Shown piece after piece: positions 1 through 15,700 of a stretch of DNA of 64,000 nt. The notes beneath the pieces were generated by a model. The model saw only the letters and a program-made list of their open reading frames with translations, was not told where the DNA came from and did no database searches. Position 1 is the stretch's first letter; every line of letters starts with the position of its first letter. Position numbers and translations under genes: made by a program. The DNA comes from Callorhinchus milii (lineage: Eukaryota), in the NCBI RefSeq assembly GCF_018977255.1, contig NW_024704742.1:104596001-104660000 (forward strand), written 5' to 3'.

Positions 1-612
1 ATTAGTACTCAAATATATCTCTAAGTTGTATTTTTCATCAGAACTTTTTTTTACTGTTATAGAAACTGTACTTTAAAAGAAACGCTAACAGACTATTCTT
101 TCACAAAATTGACAACTGGATTTGTGTTTTTAAGCCAGTTTTGTACTTCCGAATTTAAATATTGGCACAGAAACAGCAAAGCAACGCTGAAAGGGTGAAA
201 AAATAATGAGCGGTTATATTTATATGTTCTGCTACCAAAAGGGTAGAGAGTCAACCCAATTTCACCTTCTATACCATTCTTAAACTAGACACGAGACATA
301 CGCGAGAATGGTCCATTGTGCCATTTATATTCATATAAAGTGTAGAATATCAAGCCAAATTTGTAGAAAGTCTCAATATGCACATATGAAACATAATCAG
401 TTTAACAATCTACAATTATTTTGTCATTCTAGCTGTTGATGTATAACATCAGTGTTTCAATAACCTTTCTTTTATTCTTACACATCAATGTTTGACTGAG
501 ACATTTTCAAATTAACCCCTCTTTCCTCTTATGCACATGTACCTACACACAAAAAATGTAATGCAAGATGTAGAAAAGGCCAATAATTGCACTTCTCAGT
601 AACATATCATAC

Positions 613-721
613 CATATCATTTATTTGGCCTTGATGTCCAGAAAACCTTCTCACAATTTTTCTTGTTTCGGTATCGAAGACTGTTATGGTGAAATCATCT
701 GCAGCAACAGCTAGCATGCCA
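613..721 (-). CDS. WDR36: WDR36 exon 15 (109 nt)
   Basis: [36 protein letters not shown]; tcag / gtatga. Confidence 0.95.
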
Positions 722-3700
722 CTGATGAAAATAATGCACATGTAATTGATACATTCCTAAACTGCAGATCAGAAATACTGTAAAATGGATGTAAACTGTA
801 GCATCCTGTGCACACTTGGTGAGAATAGTGCAAAACACATTTTTAACTTTTTTTTATATATCTCTTACAGATATAGTTCTACCTTTGTTATAATCTTACT
901 GCTCACTAGATTACAAATGTAATTTTTGACATATTGATGAACAAATCAATATGTTATCATAGATGCATACAGGGTCAACACACCATAATTGTTGTAAACT
1001 GATTAGATTGCTATAATCCTGAATTTAATTTTAAATAGGTGACAGTAGCATTAAACTCTGTAATGAACTAATGACTCAGTGTTTCTATTACAAAAATACG
1101 TAATGCTAAGGTAACTTTAGCATGTGTTTTGTTAATCGCATGTCACAAGATTTATATTATATTGACTTGAATCCAACATTTCTCCCATTGTCTCACTCCA
1201 ATATAAATTGGATATAAAATTAAAGTGCAAACTTTACTGCCGTTAACCATCCTATCTGCCCCACCATTGGCAGTCTTTCAGCCTCTCTGCCCCTGCTTTC
1301 TGGAACTCAATCCTGGACTCACTATGACTCACGCCTTCCCTTGCCTGCTTCACGCTCCGCCTCAAACCTTCCTCTTTGACTAAGTCTCCCCACCCACACA
1401 GCTCCCATCCCTAGCTCAGGTGCAAATCCTGGACTGTCCAAAGCCTTGAGATATCCTCCAGATACATAGGGCTCTATATAAATGTAAATTGGTTATTGTT
1501 TACAATCTGAATTTATTCCAGTATAGTATCACAAAACCAAGATATTATTTTTGAAAATTGCCTAAATTCATTCTCAACCCACTTTAATGAGCAGACTTGT
1601 AAAATAATCGAAAGGTTAAATTTTCTTCCTGAAAAACAAAATTAATGGCAACTATTTTGGGGGTTCAGATGAAAAATAATTAAAATCACCTTTTCATTTA
1701 CCTTTAATTGTAAAGGACAAATATTTCTTACCTGTCTCTGTGCAGCAATATGCTTGCTGGTGATGCATCTAGCTTAATGTTCTGTACCAATTCCTTGGAC
1801 TTGAATTTCCAAAACTTAATTTGTTTATCCCCACCAGCACTAACTGTAAGTTGATTCAGTCCATCAACAGCAACTCCTCGAATTTGGGCTTCGTGAGCTT
1901 AGTAAGTAAGTAAAGCACTTGTAAATGATCATATTTAACAAAGCCACAGTATTACATAACAAATTACCCGCTCATCACATTTAGAAAGAATATTGTTTAT
2001 ATTAATAATATGGGAGATCTCTGACTCTTTCTTTCTCTCCTTTTGTGGGACATTGCTGTAAGCAATTGTGCTGCCACGTTTGCCTACAAATACATAACAT
2101 CCACTTATAATAACATCCACTTTTGATATATCAAATGCAATTATTATTATTATTATTATTATTGATATGGCGCTTTTCACATCTTCTAGACATCTCAAAG
2201 CGCTTCACAGAATATGCTGTAAAGTGAACTGAGCGTATATTTGTGGGCGAAATATCACAGTACTTCTGTCTTTCTTTGTTCCCCTTTCTCTCTCTCCCTT
2301 TTTCTTTTTGGTTGGATATTGCTGTGCGCAATTGTGCTGCCGTGTTTGCTTACAAATACATAGTCATTCCATTTCACAGTAACTCCTGTTAAGCGCGTTG
2401 AGACGTTCTTCCGACGTGATCAAGGGCTATACCAAGTTCAAGGATTATTATATTATAATGAGATGAATGAATTGTGAGAAGAACTATAAGAAGAACACAG
2501 CAAAAATATAAAAATAGCATGTCAGCAATAATAGAACAGTTAAAGTTTTGATAGGACCATTTAAGGGAGAAGGGGTAAGCTCACAGCAGATAATAAGGAA
2601 ATGGTGGAAATACTAGATGAATACTTTGCCTCAGTTTTCACAAAGGAAGCTGATAAGAAAATTTAGTAAGAGCAGAAGGGGCAGGGTGTAAAATCACAAC
2701 AGTTGAGATAGGGAGAAGGGAAGGATTTAATACATTACACAAGGATAGAGAGGACAAAGCACCTGGCACAGATGGACTACACCCAAGGATCTTTCAAAGA
2801 AACTCGGGAGGAGATAGCTGAGTCTCTATATATTTAAGAATTCTGTAGAGAAAGGAATTGTGCCAGAGGTCTGGAGAATAGCCAATGTAATACCTATTTT
2901 TAAAAAGGAATAGAGCTAATACAGGAAACAGACACACACGTACACACACATACTGTGTTTTCGCTAACTTTTCCTTCCCATTCCTCAGTCGCCCCCTCCC
3001 TCAACCTAAGGCTCACTTCAGCTGTATGAAGTGGTTTGAGATGTCCTCTGGATGTGATACACGATATATATCAGTGTAAATTGTGTTGTTGTTGAGTACT
3101 TATGACAATAACCAAGCATATTGTAATCTTAAAAAAAGTAATGTTGCACTTTTGACTTTGGTTACAATAGCTTGTTCCTATCCCTGCACATTTTTCTTTC
3201 TCATTTAGGTAGCTCTGTGTATATATGTTGTTTGATGGTACATTGATATACTCATATATATTAATTTACACACATGACCACTGGCCATTAGCTACTGATT
3301 GTAGTCTCAAAATTCACCCTCGCTCCCTATGTTGGGCGTTGTTTTTGATGCGTTTACATTGTATTTGGAAAATAAAAATAAACAATTTAAAATGACAAAC
3401 ATATTTTCAATTGCCATAATCTTGTATGAATTTTAAAACAAAGGATTCTAAATTTGAACACAGCCATAGAATGTTTCATACAATATATATTTCAACATTT
3501 GAAATAAATTTCAAAACTATTAGATACCTATATACATGCTTGTGTAGAATCTTTGTTCAGTGATTAAGAAACTGATCAGCATCAGACAACAACAATAACT
3601 TGGATTTATATAGCGCCCTCCATGCCAGACGGCGTCTCAGAGCACTTCACAGTAACGGATCCCGGGGCCGAGCCAGAGGGAGAGGAAGGAAGGTGACCAA

Positions 3701-6700
3701 AGGCGCGGTCGAAAAGAAAGTTCTTTAGCCAAGACCTAAAAGTGGGAAGAGAGGGCGCGAGACGAAAGGAGTGAGGAAGGGAGTTCCAGAGCCTCGGGGC
3801 ATAGTGGCTGAAGGCACGGTCGCTGATAGTGGAGCGGAGGACTCGGGGCCGAGGAGGAGGCCAGACCCGCTGGAATGAAGGCAACGGGTACTGTTGTGAG
3901 GAGAGAGGTCAGAGAGGTAGGGGGGTGCAGAGGAGTGCGGGGACTTGAATACAAGAGTGAAGATCTTGAAGTCGATCCTCTCTGGGACAGGCAGCCAGTG
4001 CAGTCTGGCAAGGACACAAATTTCTTGCAGTATCCTGGTATCAATGCCACAAGAGCATTTTTCATTAAGTAATAGTTAAAAGGACCTCTAGTAGCCGAAT
4101 TAAATACTTCTGATTTTCACTTCTCAAATTCACTTTTGCTGGTACAAATTGGTGATTCCTCTCTCCTTCAGGATCCCACAAACGAGTTTACTCCAATCCT
4201 TAGAAATTCTGGGTCAACAGAGCAAAACTGCTCCTAAATTGTTTGTAATTAGAAATTTGACTAAAACAGACCACAGAGATGCCTGATGTGGAAAATGTCA
4301 CACTTCTGCAGAAGGAAGAGGGCAATATAGAGATAGCTTTATCAATCAGTGCTTTTGATTAATTTACAGTAACAACTTGCATTTATGTAGCGCCCTTCAT
4401 GTTGGACTTAGATGAAGGACTTATCCTTGTTAAGTCTACAAAACCTAAGAAATAAATTTCATTGTGGAAATTTGTATTGAAAAAGGTAAATTATGCAGGA
4501 TTTTTTTTTGGAAAAATAATCTTCCTTTTTTTTTTATTTTACAGCATAAATGAAATGTTAAGAGACAATGATATATGGACAAAACATTTTTAGTGTCAGG
4601 ACACGAGGGTCTCTACTTTCCTCACAAACTTAGACAGAAGCCCTACCATCTGAGTTTTGGCAAGAGTTTTGAATTCAGTCTTCATTTGAAAGCATTTTTT
4701 TCATTATGGGTATAATTGTGGGTACTGCAGAAATCAGACTCCAAATCAAGCCTGAATTCATGATGCTGCTAATTAAAATTCCAACTGCACATGCTAAAAA
4801 TAATTCTTGCAAAACATGCTTTGTCTTTCAGCAGGTCAAGCGCTCTGAGACTCCGTCCGGCGTGGAGGGCTCTATATAAATCCAAGTTGTCGTCATTGGA
4901 ACAGAACACATTAAATATATTACATTGGTCATTGGGGAATACGTAAACACACAATAGAAACTGGGGAATACTCATTATTTTATAGAATAGAAACAGGAAC
5001 ACTCATATTATACTACTCACTAGGGAATACACACATCTCTCAAATGATAGAGCCCTGGGGAATGCAGCAAATGACCATGTAGTATAACAGGAGAAGCCAT
5101 TAGATAAAACAAAGTGGAGATGTTGGGACAGTAAAAGTAGAACCAGGAAAGTGCAGAGCCTTGGAAGTGAATCAAAGAGAGACACACAATTTGAAAGATT
5201 AACTATTTTTTGGGGGGACACTAATATGATAATGCTCCTCAATTTTATTCTATGATTCATAATTCTATTCGCAAACTTATGTCAAACCACCCAAAATAAT
5301 TTTAAAATAATTTCATATTTCATCTTCTACTTACAGCAACAGAAGATGCTTACCTTTTTCTTCACCATAATGTCCTCTGTGAATACCCGATTGCAGGTTA
5401 TACAAATCGAGATGGCCTGAAGAAAGGCCAACAATGGCAAAATTTCCACAACTTGTTATATCCACAGCCTAAGAATGCAACAACATTTTTCAAAAAAATA
5501 CAATTTACGATCAGCTTAAAAAAATCACATGGCAACATATTCCTGATAACAAATACTCCAAAAAAGCATATCAGCATATTGAAAGGCAAAGGCATATACA
5601 AAATGTCTAAAGCAACTTTGATTATTGGTTAGTTATTTTCAGTCCACTTTCTTATCTATCTTTTATTAGTTCTATGTCTATCAGAATTTCTCATAAATGA
5701 TTAAACTGTTTGCTTCCTCTCTCCCTCCCTTCTTATTGCTGTATTATTCACCAGGATACAGTAGTTTTTAAAGTAGTAATGAGGGAGGATTGGGAGTTAC
5801 CACCATATCCACTCTACAGAAGTAAACCAGTACCAGACGGAGAAGTTCTACAGAAGAGATTTACATTTCAAATATTTAATGCAATTACATTATTATTTTT
5901 TGCCAGTATGGACTGTGCTATGACGTACACTCAGAGTATCCTACCCTCTGGTGTAGGAAATAAAAAGGTTACATTATTATAGCAGGGAACACTCTGTAGA
6001 AATTCATGACAAGGGCATTATCTTAAATATTCCATTAAATCTAAATCTATGTTGGCAAACAACCACAAGTGAATAATAATAATCCTTGCATTTGATATTA
6101 CGCCGATATTATCACGTCACTGAGATGTCTCAAAGCGCTTCATAGAATATACTGTAAAGTGAATTGACTGCATATTTTGTGGGCGAAATGCGGCAGCCAA
6201 TTGGACACAGCAGTGTCCCACAAACAGTCGTGGATTGAAGTGACCAATTTATTATTTTATTTGGAAAAAATTATTACCCCGGAAAGGCGGTCCGCCAAAC
6301 GACTAACAACAGGGTTCCTACTTACTGCTAGGTAAACAGAGGCGTGTGCAGTAAACAAACTTGCCTAACATTTCGGCCTGTCGGGAATTGAACCCAGATC
6401 TCTTGCTTGCGAGGCAAGTGCTCTAACCACTGAGGTACAAGACTCTACGAATAAGTATTTTTGTTAACAAGTCATCACAGTCTCACTGAAAATGCATATT
6501 TATTTAGAATGCTTTCAATCTAAGAAAGAAAATCTTTCTTTTTGTAATGTATCTTTAACTTATTCATTACAATGCAATTATTATTAATAAATGATAGCAG
6601 TAACATAAAGATAAACTTGAAAAGTTAACACACTAGGAATAAACAGTAAGATTCTACACACTGTAGCATGTAAATTCAGGGTGAGATCTTTATGAAATTT

Positions 6701-9700
6701 CATAGGCTCAAATTTGTGCATTCCCATTGAGGATTTTTGGTAATTCCATGTTGTACTGGTAAGATATCCTCGATGGCAGGCAATTATTCCATCCCAATCA
6801 CTCTGACGTGCGGTCTCTGCCATTCAAACAAAAAATTTAATCAGTCTTGGCAAAAACAGACCCATAAAGTACAATCCAAAGTGAAAAGCTAAAGCTTCAG
6901 AAACATACTAGAATTTTACTTTTTGTATTCTTAGATTCACAGAATATTACAGCATGGCAATAGGCCTTCCAGTCCATTGAGTCTACACTACTTTTGTCTC
7001 CACATGAACCACCAAATCTAATCCTAATTTCCCGATGCCCATTATTAATGTTCCTCCTCTTCAAGCATCTAATTCCTCTTTAACAAAAGGTTTGAGTTTT
7101 TTTCTGAGTTGATACTATGTTCACCTATATCTACAATCTTAGGAAAAATACACTTAAATTTTCCAGATGTTTACACAAAATATAAATTTATAAAACTAGG
7201 ATTTAGGAGATGTACAAATACCTGAGGCAAATGTAGTGATAGGAGGTAAATTCATTTCCGTATACCGCAGTCCTTTCTTTTTGGATATCTTTTTGTTTAT
7301 GGAACCTTAAACAAAAATAATCCATATTAGTAATTGCCAAACCAACCCTTGACGGTGATGGTGGGGGCAAAGAGAGAAGGACAAAGAAGGAAGTACCGAT
7401 AACTTATTATTTTAGTAAATTAAATAGGCAAAGTGAATTCAATTGACTGCTATTCCAAGCCATTTTCTCTTGATTCATCTTTAAATCTTGCAGTGTTATT
7501 CCCTGTATGAGAAGGCAAGAATTTCACATGCTCTTTTTCCCATTTTTGATTTTTAAGCAGATGATACGAATTTAAGGTTGTTGGTGCAAGTTCTCTGAAA
7601 TTTCTTCTTCCCTACAACATCCCAGCACGCTGGAAGGGATGAAAAACAATAGTCGAAGAGGACAGGGAAAGATGTTGTGGACACAAACTTATTTACGACT
7701 ATTTTATACCACAGCACAAGGGAAAAATATCACTGTGCCACTGTGTTGGTGAACTGTTCTCAAAGAAATTGTTCTCCAGTAAATACTAAGATCAAATCTG
7801 CACAAGAATTCTATGGGTTATTCATAGATGAAAATAATAAAACTTTGTTGCTCATTTATTGCTCAATTACAATTTTTTGATTTTAATTAAATAACAGCAC
7901 TGCACTTTATGAATTGAAAGTCCCAACAGGAGACTGGAACCCACAATTTTCCGATTCAGAGGTGAGAGTGCTACCAGTAAAGCCAAGCTGACATCTCCGA
8001 TAATGCAGGATGGCTCCTCCAATAATGCATTGTTCCTCCAGCACTGCATATAATTATAATAATCCTTGCAGTTGATAGAGCGCCTTATCAAGTCTTCAAG
8101 ACGTCTTAAAGTGCTTTACAGAATATACTGTATATATACTGATGGCCTTAGTCCACCTATAAGAGATGGTTTTCTACTTTGTGCTAAATTTCAGAATTGA
8201 ACCGAACAGTGGAGTAAGATTGGCAAAGTTCTTGCCAATAGAAGAAGCCACACAATTAAATTTTCCTTTCAAGAACTGCCAAAATTCTTTAACATCATGT
8301 TATGTGATCTTCCAATGGTTTTCTTTGTGCTGTAATCAATTAAACATGTCTCAATTACAAAATTATTTTCCTGAAAATCATAAGACCCCTTGTGTTCAAA
8401 GGATAATATGACCTATGAATCAGAGTTAGAATATGTATTACTATGATAATTCAGTCTAGACGATAATTATCACCATCTAATTATGTAAACTTTTTTTTTG
8501 CCAGACAGTGATATATCAAAGGTAATCTATGCAGTTATAATACTAATAATAATCCTTGCATTTGATATAGCACTTTTCACGTCTTCTAGACGTCTCAAAG
8601 CGCTTCACAGAATATGCTGTAAAGTGAATTGACTATATTTGTGGCAAAAATGTCTCAATTACAAAATTATTTTCCTGAAAATGACAAAACCCCTCGCGTT
8701 CAAAGGATAAAATGACCTATGAATCAGAGTTAGAATATGTATTACTATAATTCACTCTAGACAATCTTAATTGTCTAGTCTAGACTTTCTAAGGATGAAG
8801 CAACTCCACTCCATTCCAGACCAAACTACTTTGTGAATTTTTTCACACTAATTATCACCATCTAATTCTGTAAACTTCTTTTTGCCAGACAGTGATATCA
8901 ATGGCAAGCTATGCAGTTATAATAATAATAATCCTTGCATTTGATATTGCGCTTTTCACGTCTTCTAGACGTCTCAAAGCACTTCATAGAATATGCTCTA
9001 AAGTGAATTGACTGTATATTTGTGGGCAAAACGCAGCAGCCAATTGCGCACAGCAGTGTCCCACAAACAGTCGTGGATTGAAAATGACCAATTTTATTAT
9101 TGTTTTGTTTTGGAGGGATTATTATCAGGCGTGTGGAGTGGAATTTACGTGTAGGTGGGATGCATAGAAATCTCGGCTTGGTTTGGATACTCTTAAGCAT
9201 GGTGATGCTTTTCAAATCCCTTCATTCCCTGGCACCTCTCTACATCTTTGACCTCCTCACTCCCCAATCTGCCACCTGGCAATTCCGCTCGACTGGCAAG
9301 TTTCCTTACTCCATAGGCCTGATGTTAATCCCTCAAGAAAACAATAATAATAAATTGGTCATTTCAATCCACGACTGTTTGTGGGACACTGCTGTGTGCA
9401 ATTGGCTGCCACAAATATACAGTCAATCCACTTTACACTATATTATGTGAAGCACTTTGAGATGTCTAAAAGACGTGAAAAACGCTATATCAAATGCAAG
9501 GATTATTATTAAATAAAACGTATCATCTGCATTATATTTTTACAACTCTTACCATGTCCCAAACTCTTGTTAAAACGCTCGTGAACAGTGGAAAATGATT
9601 GCAGTGTTCCATCATGTCCTACATAAACACAAACAAAATGAATAGTATCATTTATGCATTCTAAGTAAAATTGGTTTTCCATAGTTGTAAGTAAAGTAAA

Positions 9701-12700
9701 TGTTCCTTAGTTGTAAAAATAAGGAAATTTATATATATATATATTTCAAACGGAATGCAGACCACTGGACAATGCAACAGTCAGTCCATTTGAAACGAGC
9801 AAGGACTACTTTATTGCATTAATGTCTTCCTGTGTGGCACAGGTTCGACTCCAGTTCTCTATCTCATCTGTGAATCTGTGGACCATCAAGCATAGCCTAG
9901 GTTCTTCTAGATCAGGAAGGAAAAAGGGCTATTTGATCAGCCTAACTGAAAAATTAGACCAGTATTGCATGCATCAAAGCTTATTTAAAAAAGTAACATA
10001 TCCAGGGGAACGGCCCTAAAAGGAAGGCTGTTAACAATAAAGAAAGACACCAGCCCAATTTTTAGGAGGTTTTTCAGTGGCCATTTTGGAACCTAGGCTG
10101 ACCTTTACCATGTTGCTTCAAAAGATAATTACTTAACTCAATATCCTTTGAAGAGGCATCTGAAAGTCTATGCTCTGCAATTTATTTCCGCAAATTTCAA
10201 TTTGAAGTAAAGGTGCCTTGCCTTGTGATCAGGGTTTCAGTCCCTCAAACATGTATATTTTGTATCCAGTTTACATCCCTTATTCTTTGAATTAATTATT
10301 CATGCCTTGGGAAAACAGATAAAACTAATGGCAGAAAAGGAGAAAGTTCTGCTCAGATGAAGCTTACTTAGGTCACTTTACATAAATAGATTACAAATAG
10401 TTATTTCAATGCCATAAAATCTGACAACTAAGGAACATTTAATAAGATTGCCTCAGAAAAAAAGTTTTTACCAGAACTAAGAATATGTTGTCCATCAGAA
10501 CCATGATACTTTATTTTGGTTGGAGGAGCACTGTGCCCTATTCTGAATCGCAAAAGGCGACCTCCACCACCTGGCGCATCAAATATCCAGACCTGTTCAT
10601 GAGAAGACACACAATTTAGCAATTAACAAACGAAAATTCCCTGACTAGTACGAGGGAAAGAGAGGTAAGGGCAGGTAATGTGATTAAAATGGGCAGGCAC
10701 CGTTTTTGTGTGATGGAAAGGAAGGCTCAGTTAAACATTTCATCATAAAGGTGGCATCTCCAACAATACAATGCTCTTACAGCACTGCACTGGAGTGTCA
10801 AGATACTCAAATCATGGCCTGATATGGAACTAAATCCAAAAGCATGCTACCAACTGAGCTAAGACAACTAGATAATAGCAAACCTTACATTTTGTATTAC
10901 ATCTTTCATATTGGGGGGCAATCTCAAAGCACTTTACAGGATTTACTACATAAAGTATTGTGACTGTGTATTTTATAGGCAAACTCAGCAGCTAATTTTC
11001 ACCCAACAATGTACCACAGACACCATGAAGTTAATGACCAATTGTATCTGGAGGATTGTTGTCCAGGACACTGGGGAAATTCTCTTCCGTTTCGAATAGT
11101 ACATTGGGATCTTTAACATCCACCTGAACATGAGGACAGGAATTTGGTTCTCACCCACAAAATATAGTCATATCACTTTACCGAACATCCTATGAAGTGC
11201 TTTGAGATATCTCAACAATTTAATGAGTTAATACAAAGGCAAGGATTATTACACACAGTATTATAAATTATCAGTAAAATATTTGCCAGAGAAAAAACCT
11301 ATAGCACCACCCAGTGGCAAGAGTAAAGCACTGAACCAAGAGAGCATCAGCAACCACCAAAACTTCAATCTTGACACTTTTATAATTAATCATAGAATCA
11401 TAGAGCACAAAAAGATGCCATTTGGCCCATCGAGTTTGTGCCGGCTCTTTGAATAGAGCAATTAATGTCAGTCCCACTCCCCAGCCCTTTCCCCATAACC
11501 CTGCAAACCCGTCCTCCTCAAATACCCGTCCACCGCGTTTTTAAAAGTAGTTATCGAATCGGCCTCGACCACCCTTGCAGGCAATGCGTTCCAGAAACTC
11601 TTGAAATCTTGAAACTCTTCTGGTCATCCAAAGATATAATTAGTCCTAAATCAGTGGAATTATTCACACATTCAGCAGCATATATTTATATTTTATATAT
11701 TATCAACTGATAAACAAAGCCAAATAAACCTAAAGTAATTCCAAAAATGTGCAAAAAAGAACTTCAGATGAATAGAGCAATTAATGTCAGTCCCACTCCC
11801 CAGCCCTTTCCCCATAACCCTCTAACCCATTTGAGGTCACCCTTCCAAGCGGTTTCTTAAGACGCCTATTGTCTTCAAAGGAAACCCATTCCAACTGTCT
11901 TTTTCTAGGTAAAAGAAATGTTTCCTGATGTCTATCCAAAAATTGAGCTTCACGATTCTGAACCAGCTCCCTTGTCCTGCGGACTCAGTGAATTTGAAAG
12001 CATTGTTCTGGGTTTACTTTATCCATTTAGGATCCTTTATATCTCTAAAAGATTCTCTCTGAAATATCTATTTTCAAAGCTAAAAAATACAAGCTTATCT
12101 AGTAACTTTCCATGCTTTATTCCACTAACAATGGAGATCAACTTTGCTGTTCTCCTCAGCATTTTCTCTGGGACCTTGGCAGCCAACCCACTGTGTCACA
12201 GTAACTGCACTCACTACTCTTGGAGCAGACTAAATTTTCCGAAAATCTGGCCTCAACTGAAGCCAATATTCCGTATGCCTTGTTTATTTCTATTTTATAT
12301 TGTTTGAAGATGGTCAACTAACACCCTTGTTCAATTCCCCCCTTTCTAAGCTCTAGTTTAACCTTGGAATGTCTTCTATTTTTTATATCTGGTACGCAGT
12401 ACCTTCGATTATTAAGTATTGACTTTAATTTATCAGTGATCAACCAAGTTATATACTCTATCAATTTCTCCTTGTAAGATCCTGATTGCCTCCTCTGATT
12501 TCAGTCTTCCCCCACTATCTGCACTGTTAATTATCTCTGCTAACAATCTTGCAAAAAGCATTTTTGTCTTTGGCTGTAAAGGAGATCTGTAAAACTGGTA
12601 ATACTGGGCAGGTCATGCAGCATCTATGGAAAGAGGAAAGTGAGTTAATGTTTCAGGTCGATGACCTTTCGGTAGAAGGTCTTCATTCTGAAGAAAGGTT

Positions 12701-15700
12701 GTTGACCTGAAACGTTAACTCACTTTCCTCTCTCCATAGATGCCACCTGACCTGCTGAGTTCCCAGCGACTTCTATTTTTATTTCAGATTTCCAGCATCT
12801 GCAGTATTTGGTAAAATACTGTAAAACTGTGTTCATCCAGTGAATATTTGTGAAATGCTGCTTTGACTTCCAAATTGATGGTATAAGAAGGCAAAATAGA
12901 AAAAACATAAATGACACTTATATACATTGGGAGATCTCAAACTATTTCCCGCAGCTGACTGGACCCAAAGTGGGGAGGGGAGCTGAGAAATGGGAGGGAG
13001 GAGGAAAGGTGGCTGAAAGTGTAGTTGAAGAAAAATGGTAAAAATAGAATAAGTTAAAAAGTTATAGTTAGAAAAGGGACAGAAAATAATAGAAGAAAAA
13101 CATCTGTATATATATATATTAAAAAAATCAAATTCAAGTAGACTTGTATTTACATTTGCTCCTTTACATTATGTTTAAATTAAGTCTTAGATGAGAACTA
13201 ACTTTCTCCAGCTGAATGTTGTCAAAATAGAGGATCTCCTGCTTGGCTCCCATCAGCGCCTTATCACCTTAGGTGTTGACGGCATCAATCCACACTTCAC
13301 CTCACTGAGCCAATGTGGAACCTTGGTGTCTTATTCAATTCTCAACTTTAAATCCCATATCGGTATTTTGACCTGTTCAGCTTTCCCTCACCTCCACAAC
13401 ATCAAATTACAAAGATGTGGATGAGAGCTTCAACTGCACTGGGAGTGAGCTAGAGGCGAGGTGGCCGATGTTGCGGAACTGGGAGAAATCTTCTGCATCT
13501 GCACCATTCAACTTTACACTCGGCCTTTGCAACTGAGCCAATTATTGGAGAAGCTCACGTTACATAGTTAATGATTTTCACTGAACTTAAACTTTTGGTA
13601 GCAAACAATGTATTTTAAACATGGATTGACAATATGTATATCCTACCCGGATTGCATTATCAGCACCAGTGGTGATTAGAAGTGGTTCACCATGAACAAA
13701 TGTGAGTCCAGAAACTGCAGTCGTATGGGTATCCCTCATCTGACCAATCAACTTCTTCTCTTCCAAATCCCATAGTCCAATGTGGCCCACAGGACTCCCG
13801 GCAGCCATCACTGGGTTGCCATCTTAAAACATAAAAGAAATGTAAGATGCAGTAGTATGTAGTACAAGAACGATTAAATAATAATTAAGGACTCTATGCA
13901 AAGTCAATAATTTACAATCGATTGCTAACCTTATAAATAATTTCATTACCATCTAAAATTAATTTAGAAGTCTGTTGCATTCACATTACCTGTTCGAAAT
14001 GATATTGCAGTGATTGGGCCCCAATCTTGTTGAAACTTCATCAGTGTTTCATCATATTTGAGGTTGTGGATAATGATTTGGCCAGTGGTCAAGCCAACAG
14101 CAATTACATCTACCGCTGGAGCCTATGCAAAAATGTAAGATATTTTTCAAAGGTGGTTTATGTTTCAACAAAAAATAGCAACTTTGTTATAAGTATTCTG
14201 GAATCTCTTCTCCAATAGGATTAATGAAGTTCTAAACAACCAATATTGATCTGTTGGAAAAAATTGAGGCAAGAATTTTAATAAGAAACTGAAACAGGGA
14301 GGAACCCACCATGGGCATTGAAATACCTATTCTTTTGTATAAACTCCCACATGGAATGTTCATTTAAACATAAATGAATCACTATTAACCACCTACACTG
14401 CCTTGCACATATTTGAAATACAAGTTCCCGCATCCTCAGACTGCGGTAAAAATTTAATTTGGATTCACTGGATTACAATTATAATGAGTATGTAAGAAGG
14501 CTGCTAAAGTAACGCAGGGAAATGAATGAGAACTTTTCTGCTTTATCATTTCAATAAATAAGAACATTTGAAACCTGTATCATTTTGAACCTACCTACAA
14601 TTTTACCAATTTACAATTGGAAGTGTTACAAAACTGGGTTAAAACACAAAAGTTGTATTCACACCGATGTAGAGTCCTGTAGCACAGTGATAAAAACACT
14701 CGCCTCACAAGTGAGAGACCTGGGTTTGATTCCCAGCAGAGCAAAACGTTGGGCAAGTTTCCTTACTCCACATGCCTCTGTTTACCCAGCAGAAAGTAGG
14801 AACCTGGATGTTAGTCAATTGGCAGATCGCTTTCACGGGCATAATAATTCTTTCAAAAATAATAAAAATACAAATACAAAAAACAATAACAGCAACTTGC
14901 ATTTATATAGTGCCCCTCAGGCAAGAGTGAATCATAATTTGCTTTACGTTGAAAAGTACTCTGATGAAACATTATAAATTAATATTTCAACGGTGGGTGG
15001 TTTGACCACTAAAAACTTTTTTAAAAAAAATACATGAAGAAACATTCTGCACCAAAAGTTTATAAAAACTTTTCTGTTTACACTACCTTACTGTCACATA
15101 CATTTTTGAAGAAAATCTTGTTTGTAATCTTTTTTTTTAAAATAGGCATTTGAATTAATCAGTTGATAAATTTGTTTTTGAGCCTAGCGCAAATCGAATA
15201 AGACAAAATTGTTAATATTAGGTTCAATGCTATCAGTTCTAACCAAGGTTTGTGAAACAATTAAAGCACAGTATTTAAACTTACAGAAACATAACAAAAT
15301 ACTGCACTGACCTGCTGAAGCACTGTCACTCCCGAGCCCCAACCGTGAAACGTATATAAAAGTTTGCTACAATAGAAACATGAAAAAAGCATACAAATTA
15401 TCTTAAGAGATTAAAAAGTTATCCTAAAGGTAAATGATCACCAAACTTTAATTTCCATTGTGTTATTAAGGTTATAGCTCAGTTATATTTGAGGGACGAC
15501 AAACTGCAACCATCTTAATCAAATAACAAAATACTCTCCAAGTGAATCACCTCTTTATTAAATGCTTATCAGAAACTAAGCCACTAAAATGCATGTTTCT
15601 CACATTGAGAAAAAGTACAATAAAGATTCACTAGAATTCACACCCATTTTGGGAGGAACCACTAACCAGTTGTACAAGTTTTTTTAAGTAATATATCACT

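Noticed and set aside
5900..5955. Plus-strand ASMDC...LPSG resembling the next WDR36 exon (SMDC..TWDLPSG)
   Set aside because: Wrong strand and position, different spacing, flanking residues do not match; treated as coincidence.
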